Source: an uncultured Candidatus Saccharibacteria bacterium | GTDB lineage: Bacteria; Patescibacteriota; Minisyncoccia; Phycocordibacterales; JAACPR01 | Assembly: GCA_964402215.1 (NCBI GenBank) | Contig: CAYOAT010000001.1 | Coordinates: 70,703-134,702 of the forward strand | Length of the DNA: 64,000 nucleotides | Direction: 5' to 3' | In this document: one piece after another, positions 59,133 to 64,000 of the stretch | How positions within the stretch are numbered: position 1 is the stretch's first letter | Layout: every line of letters starts with the position of its first letter | Translations under genes and position numbers: made by a program | Notes under the pieces: generated by a model | The model's database searches: none | What the model saw: only the letters and a program-made list of their open reading frames with translations | What the model was told of the DNA's origin: nothing

Positions 59133-59182
59133 TTAGACTTTTTATATTTTTTTGGTATAGTTTTTCTTACCATTTGTTTTTT

Positions 59183-59255
59183 CCGCTCATAGCTCAGTTG
59201 GTAGAGCACCTGCCTTTTAAGCAGAGGGTCGTAGGTTCGATTCCTACTGAGCGGA
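59183..59255 (+). tRNA. tRNA-Lys (anticodon TTT)
   Basis: acceptor CCGCTCA/TGAGCGG, D-arm GCTCAGTTGGTAGAGC, anticodon loop CTTTTAA, T-loop TTCGATT. Confidence 0.85.
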
Positions 59256-59269
59256 CATTAAGAAAAATT

Positions 59270-59292
59270 CAGCGCGTTTGCGCTGTTTTTTT
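59270..59292 (+). terminator. terminator after tRNA-Lys
   Basis: CAGCGC-gttt-GCGCTG hairpin plus T7. Confidence 0.6.
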
Positions 59293-59324
59293 ATAAATAT
59301 TTTTACAAATTATTTTAGAAATAA

Positions 59325-59338
59325 AAAAACTACAAGCC
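59325..59338. repeat. 14-bp direct repeat AAAAACTACAAGCC (left copy) bounding a ~1.5-kb insertion
   Basis: identical 14-mer recurs at 60837..60850, overlapping the holA stop codon; left copy is part of hairpin CTACAAGCC-tgatt-GCTTGTAG. Confidence 0.6.
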
Positions 59339-59407
59339 TGATTGCTTGTAGTTAATCCGACGATTCTCCATTTCTGGAAAGGTAGTCGGCTTACCTTGTT
59401 GGAACCT

Positions 59408-59845
59408 TTACCAGGTTCCGCGAGTGTCATCAGTCACCGCGGCGGGCGGGAACTGCTCTTCACTCTTGCGTAGACTTGAAGACAAGTGCTGCACGAACCA
59501 TGTAACGAAGCGGCACGCAATCATGTACCCAACAACCAGAGCAAGGAGAGATCTCCACGTCCAATCGTTGAAACCCCAGCCGATGACCCATGTTGTCACC
59601 ATATAACCAAAGATCAGCTTGGGAAAAGTCTGATACAGATTGGCCCACGCCGGAGACTGAACCTTGATTTCAGGGATCATTTCGACGCCCAACTTCATGA
59701 GCATCGCAGCCATGCTAACACCGAAGAACGTAGGGACAATTCCCCACACACCTACTGTGCCAAACACAACTATCGGCGCACTCCAGATAACAAATGCCAT
59801 GATTTTAATGACCAGGCATATATCTCGAATCTCATTTTTCTTCAT
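59408..59845 (-). CDS. hypothetical polytopic membrane protein encoded by GC-rich DNA
   Basis: 145 aa, 3-4 TM helices; G+C far above background; plus-strand overlapping ORFs are non-protein-like. Confidence 0.5.
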   Translation of the reverse strand: MKKNEIRDICLVIKIMAFVIWSAPIVVFGTVGVWGIVPTFFGVSMAAMLMKLGVEMIPEIKVQSPAWANLYQTFPKLIFGYMVTTWVIGWGFNDWTWRSLLALVVGYMIACRFVTWFVQHLSSSLRKSEEQFPPAAVTDDTRGTW

Positions 59846-60007
59846 GATTTCTCCTTATCCTTTTTAGGGGATTGTTTTTTAAATCGTTTTTAATGATCAA
59901 ATATACTAATATTATAGCATGGATTATACCATATTGTCAAGAATAACGTTTTGTATTAAAAAACGGGCACCTTTCTTAGTGTCCGTTTGCCAGTTCAAAC
60001 TGGTTCT

Positions 60008-60688
60008 TTACTTTTTACTCCACCTTTTAACATGAATATCAGCCAATTTGTAGAGTTCCTGTTTCTTGAACTCCATGCCGAATTTACCTGCCCTTGTAAG
60101 GGCCTCCTGAAGACTTTGTCGAGTATCAATAATCCAATTTATACGGCGCTTCAACTCATCCAGATCAATATTAGAATTTGATGCATTATTTTTGAGTTCC
60201 GTGAACCCTTCTTCTGCTTGCAAAACAAATGCTGCCAATATTGACAACCGATATCGTGTTGAATCGTAATCAAAGGCGTGACCGATATCAAGGCCCTTCA
60301 TCGATTCAAACAAGTCATCAAATATTCCATCAATTTGCGATGTGCGGATATTCCAAGATATATATATCCGTCTTGGAAAGACATACACGCACGTTATGAC
60401 AATCCCGACAATTATCCACAGCGCCGTTATGGTCTGCGTCGTTGCATGCAACACTGCCATGATTATTTGAATGGCAACAGAAGAAAGGATGATCGTCAAA
60501 AATAAATACAACATCAATCTGATGTTAAATTCAATCCTGCGATATTCATCAATTAACCCATTGATTGTCTCCCCTGATTTAAGATTAATTTTTTCGTAAC
60601 CGTTGATCAGGGCCGAATTAGTAATTCGGATGAAACTATTCACCGCCGATATAGACGTTTTCATTTTCAATGACCTACTGTCTTTCAA
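60008..60688 (-). CDS. hypothetical membrane protein (two central TM helices)
   Basis: 226 aa; lies within the same insertion. Confidence 0.45.
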   Translation of the reverse strand: MKDSRSLKMKTSISAVNSFIRITNSALINGYEKINLKSGETINGLIDEYRRIEFNIRLMLYLFLTIILSSVAIQIIMAVLHATTQTITALWIIVGIVITCVYVFPRRIYISWNIRTSQIDGIFDDLFESMKGLDIGHAFDYDSTRYRLSILAAFVLQAEEGFTELKNNASNSNIDLDELKRRINWIIDTRQSLQEALTRAGKFGMEFKKQELYKLADIHVKRWSKK

Positions 60689-60836
60689 TGCCTATTTTTT
60701 GAACCATAGTCTTTCTGACATTTATACTGACTTTCGATCAAAATAAATACGATTTCTCGTTATGCAATTCGAAATAGTTAGGCAACTATTCTTTGTAGGA
60801 GAATACAATAAAAAGACAATCTGTCAATGTTTAAAG

Positions 60837-60850
60837 AAAAACTACAAGCC
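60837..60850. repeat. 14-bp direct repeat AAAAACTACAAGCC (right copy)
   Basis: identical to 59325..59338; minus-strand reading GGCTTGTAG-TTTTT is the last Gly-Leu-stop of holA. Confidence 0.6.
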
Positions 60851-61558
60851 AAGGATTAATTTTTCTAATCTCGTTTCTAAATCTGGCCCACTCCTTCTCG
60901 ATTCATGATAAACCTCGATCATTTTGTTAGACAAATTTTCTAATTCATCTTTTGAAAAATTCCCTGAATATTTCTTTGCTTTTGAATAGACAAACGGTTT
61001 AAGTCCGGCCTCTTCAGCAAAATCAGTTTGGCTAGCCATCAACATTGTCTTAACTTGCCACCACAAAACTCCATGTATTTCCTCAACAGGAATTCCTTCT
61101 TTTACCGCTGATAAATACAGAATCCATAATTTTTTTGAATCTCTTTCACCAAGAGCATCAGTCAAAGAAAAAATATTAAAAGAATCATTTTTATTTTTCG
61201 CCGCGGCGTTTGAAAATTCTTGAACCTTTTCTGCAAATTTTTCTACTTTTTTTAAAATCTCTTTTGATACATCAGGATCTACCCAAACAAAAACATTATC
61301 TGATTTTTTAACTTCCTCTAATTTATCGACGAGGCATTCAATTCCCTCTTTTGATTCTGAAATACGAGACATTTGCACAATATATTTTTTTGAAAAGAGA
61401 GATTGACTTCCGACAAGCTCATCCAATTTTGATTCGCTGAAATTTTCTGCACTGATTTTAAATACTTCAGATTCTGGTCGCTTCAAAAGCATTGAATCAA
61501 CTAATTTCGCGGATTTTTCAAAACATTTATTTGGTTCGCCGTAAATAAAATAAAGCAT
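60842..61558 (-). CDS. holA: DNA polymerase III delta subunit (short form)
   Basis: MLYFIYGE N-terminus typical of HolA; position immediately downstream of polA. Confidence 0.6.
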   Translation of the reverse strand: MLYFIYGEPNKCFEKSAKLVDSMLLKRPESEVFKISAENFSESKLDELVGSQSLFSKKYIVQMSRISESKEGIECLVDKLEEVKKSDNVFVWVDPDVSKEILKKVEKFAEKVQEFSNAAAKNKNDSFNIFSLTDALGERDSKKLWILYLSAVKEGIPVEEIHGVLWWQVKTMLMASQTDFAEEAGLKPFVYSKAKKYSGNFSKDELENLSNKMIEVYHESRRSGPDLETRLEKLILGL

Positions 61559-61560
61559 AA

Positions 61561-63972
61561 TTATATTCTTTTCATTTCACCCCAATTTTTACCAACAGAA
61601 CATTCAGAAATTATCGGGACCCCGCCGACTTCTTCTCTTGTAACAACAGATTCCATAATTTTTTTAATCTTATCTGCATATTTTGAAACCATTTCTTCTT
61701 TCATTTCATAAATCACTTCATCGTGAATTTGTAAGATTATTTTAACTTGATCTAGAACTTTTTCTTTCTCTAAAAATTCATTAATTGCGGTCATAGAAAG
61801 TTTAATAAGATCCGCCTGAGTACCTTGAATTGGGGCATTTATGGCCATTCTTTCGGCTTGTGCGCGTATATATGGCAAAGGCGACTTGAACCCATCAAAA
61901 TAGCGTCTACGACCAAATAATGTCGTTGTATAGCCGTTCTTCTGTGCATCTTTCTTTGTCTTATCCAAATACTCGCCAAGACCCGTGTAAATAGCAAAAT
62001 ATTGATTATAAAATTCCTGAGCCTCTTCACGAGTTGATCCAAGACCTTCTTTCAAGGCATTAACTCCCATTCCATACAAAATTCCAAAATTAATAATTTT
62101 GGCTCGGCGTCGCATTTCTTTTGTAACCTTGCCATTCGGAACATTAAAAATTCTTGAAGCCACATTCGTATGAATATCTTCACCATTTTTGAAAACCTCA
62201 ATTAATTTTTGATCACCAGACAAAAACGCTGCAATTCGTAATTCAATTTGTGAATAATCGAAAGCCACCAAAACATTTCCTTTTTCAGCAACAAAAGCTT
62301 CACGAATCTTTCGTCCACGATCTGTTCCGGTTGGAATATTTTGCAAATTCGGATTATTCGAGGACATTCTGCCTGTTGTCGTCCCAGTTTGAAGGAAGCT
62401 GGCGTGAAGTCGACCATCAGTTGCGACAAGAGCAGGAATATTATCAATATAAGTAGAAAGAAGTTTCTGAAATTCGCGATATTCCAAAATTTTATCAATA
62501 ATTTTGTGCTCCCCTTTTAATTTTTGCAGAACATCTTCGCGTGTCGATAATTTTCCAGTTGAAGTTTTTCTCATTCCTTTATATTTCAACTGCATTTTTT
62601 CGAATAAAACTTGTGACAATTGTTGTGAAGAATTTATATTAAATTCTATTCCGGACATTTCCCAAATTTCTTTTTCAAATCTTGATAATTCAATATGATA
62701 TTCAGTTGAAAGATTTTTCAAAAAATCTTTATCAATCTTTACGCCGTTTTTCTCCATTTGATCAATAATTGGAATAAGGGGTTTTTCAATATCATTAAAA
62801 ACTTTTTCTAATTTATTTTTCTCAATTTCTTTTAAAAGTTTTTCGTGCGCCTTTTCAATATTATTCTCTCCAGTGTAATTCAAAATATCTTCAATTTGTG
62901 GATTGTTTATAGAAGAATTTATGAGCCACAAGGCAATTTTTGCTTCTGACAAAAGCCGTTTAGAGCTTTCCGAATTATTATTTTTGATGACACCTTTTTC
63001 TGGTGTATTTTCGTCAGCAAAAAGTCCTTCCATAGTAGTCTGACCAGAAACTGGCTTTGGCAAAATTTCCTTAACTCTAATAGCCAAAGTCCTGAAATTT
63101 AGCTCTCTAAATAGGTTTTGAACCGATTCTGCAGAAACTGTTTCGCTCCAGGTTTTTTCCGGAATTTTGAATTCAATCGGAACGTCACGGCGGATTGTGG
63201 CAAGCATTTTACTGAATTCAGCTTCCTCTTGATTATCTTCCAGGAGTTTTATAATTCTGTCAGTAATTCCAATTTCTTTAAATTTTTCTTTTGATTTTTT
63301 AAGATTCTTATATAAATTTTCAATCGAACCAAACTCTGTAATTAATGTTGTCGCGGTTTTTTCACCGATTCCACTAATTCCAATGATATTATCTGATGGA
63401 TCGCCGCGAAGACCCTTGTAATCCGGCAAAGATTCAGGACCAAATCCAAATCTTTCACGAACAGCATCTTCATTATAAATAATCGTATCTTTTATTCCTT
63501 TTTTCAGAGTGTAAACGCGTACCTTATCAGCATCCACTAATTGCAAAGTATCCATATCGCCAGATGCAACAATTACATCAGCACTTTTCTTTAATTGATC
63601 CGCCAATGTTCCTAAAACATCATCGGCTTCATAACCTTCCTTTTCATAAATTGGAATATTAAACGCTCGAAAAAAATCATAGGCCCGTTTTATTTGAGAA
63701 ATTAATTCTTTGTCAGTTTCTTTTCTGCCTGCTTTATAGTCAGTGTAGGCTTCGTGACGATAAGTCGGTTTTGGTAAATCAAAAGCTGCAATAATATGAT
63801 CTGGCTTTAATTCTTTAACAATAGAAATTAACATTGAGGCCAAACCATAAAGTGCACCCGTCGGTTCGCCATTGCTTGAAGCAAAATCTGGTAAAGCGTG
63901 ATATGCGCGGTGTAAAATTGCGTGAGAATCCAGTAGAACTATTTTTTTCTTATTTTTTGAAGCCATTTGCAA
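61561..63972 (-). CDS. polA: DNA polymerase I
   Basis: 5'-3' exonuclease N-terminus (LLDSHAILHRAYHAL), polymerase motifs RRAKIINFGILYGMG and HDEVIYE. Confidence 0.95.
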   Translation of the reverse strand: MQMASKNKKKIVLLDSHAILHRAYHALPDFASSNGEPTGALYGLASMLISIVKELKPDHIIAAFDLPKPTYRHEAYTDYKAGRKETDKELISQIKRAYDFFRAFNIPIYEKEGYEADDVLGTLADQLKKSADVIVASGDMDTLQLVDADKVRVYTLKKGIKDTIIYNEDAVRERFGFGPESLPDYKGLRGDPSDNIIGISGIGEKTATTLITEFGSIENLYKNLKKSKEKFKEIGITDRIIKLLEDNQEEAEFSKMLATIRRDVPIEFKIPEKTWSETVSAESVQNLFRELNFRTLAIRVKEILPKPVSGQTTMEGLFADENTPEKGVIKNNNSESSKRLLSEAKIALWLINSSINNPQIEDILNYTGENNIEKAHEKLLKEIEKNKLEKVFNDIEKPLIPIIDQMEKNGVKIDKDFLKNLSTEYHIELSRFEKEIWEMSGIEFNINSSQQLSQVLFEKMQLKYKGMRKTSTGKLSTREDVLQKLKGEHKIIDKILEYREFQKLLSTYIDNIPALVATDGRLHASFLQTGTTTGRMSSNNPNLQNIPTGTDRGRKIREAFVAEKGNVLVAFDYSQIELRIAAFLSGDQKLIEVFKNGEDIHTNVASRIFNVPNGKVTKEMRRRAKIINFGILYGMGVNALKEGLGSTREEAQEFYNQYFAIYTGLGEYLDKTKKDAQKNGYTTTLFGRRRYFDGFKSPLPYIRAQAERMAINAPIQGTQADLIKLSMTAINEFLEKEKVLDQVKIILQIHDEVIYEMKEEMVSKYADKIKKIMESVVTREEVGGVPIISECSVGKNWGEMKRI

Positions 63973-64000
63973 TTCGCTTTAATAGCGCCATCATACCACC

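Noticed and set aside
59424-59893. three plus-strand ORFs (59424-59606, 59486-59893, 59664-59867) in the GC-rich insert
   Set aside because: Their translations are Arg/His/Pro-rich and non-protein-like, whereas the minus-strand frame (59408-59845) gives regular TM helices and is followed by a terminator hairpin. High G+C keeps multiple frames open.
1-64000. CRISPR arrays or rRNA genes
   Set aside because: No regularly spaced short direct repeats and no 16S/23S/5S-like conserved blocks were seen anywhere in the window.

Overview
This AT-rich window (roughly one-third G+C by eye) is a tightly packed bacterial chromosome segment, mostly housekeeping genes. Short proteins, a eukaryote/archaea-type GlyRS and IleRS, and a split MetRS are consistent with a reduced CPR/Patescibacteria-like genome, but that lineage call is inference. 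The core includes ftsK, recA, efp, the rpsF-ssb-rpsR operon, tatD, metG, glyS, recO, ileS, argS, dut, tmk, glyA, a thyA-dcd-folA pyrimidine/folate cluster, the secE-nusG-rplK cluster, folD, rplS, a pilM/N/O pilus cluster, ruvX, rpsT, ruvA, mutM, holA and polA. I identified eight tRNAs by hand-folding. Three accessory loci stand out. (1) About 9 kb directly 3' of tRNA-Ser (39.4-48.5 kb) carries a large serine recombinase, a UvrD-like helicase with a small unknown partner, a membrane-anchored Mrr-like nuclease, a ParB-nuclease/DNA-methyltransferase fusion and a terminase-small-subunit-like HTH protein. It is followed by a thiol-disulfide redox module (48.5-52.6 kb) bracketed by two copies of a ~115-bp repeat whose ends imitate the 3' end of tRNA-Ser. 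(2) A ~1.5 kb GC-rich insertion next to tRNA-Lys is flanked by 14-bp direct repeats that duplicate the last codons of holA. (3) A GC-rich orphan gene lies at 54.3 kb. Two non-mobile oddities: IleRS carries a complete histidine-phosphatase (PGAM-like) domain inserted into its catalytic body, and a four-gene carotenoid-type operon (CrtI-like, CrtB-like, polyprenyl synthase, putative lycopene-cyclase-domain protein) sits inside the glyA-tmk-dut-argS-ileS transcription unit. No CRISPR array or rRNA was seen.
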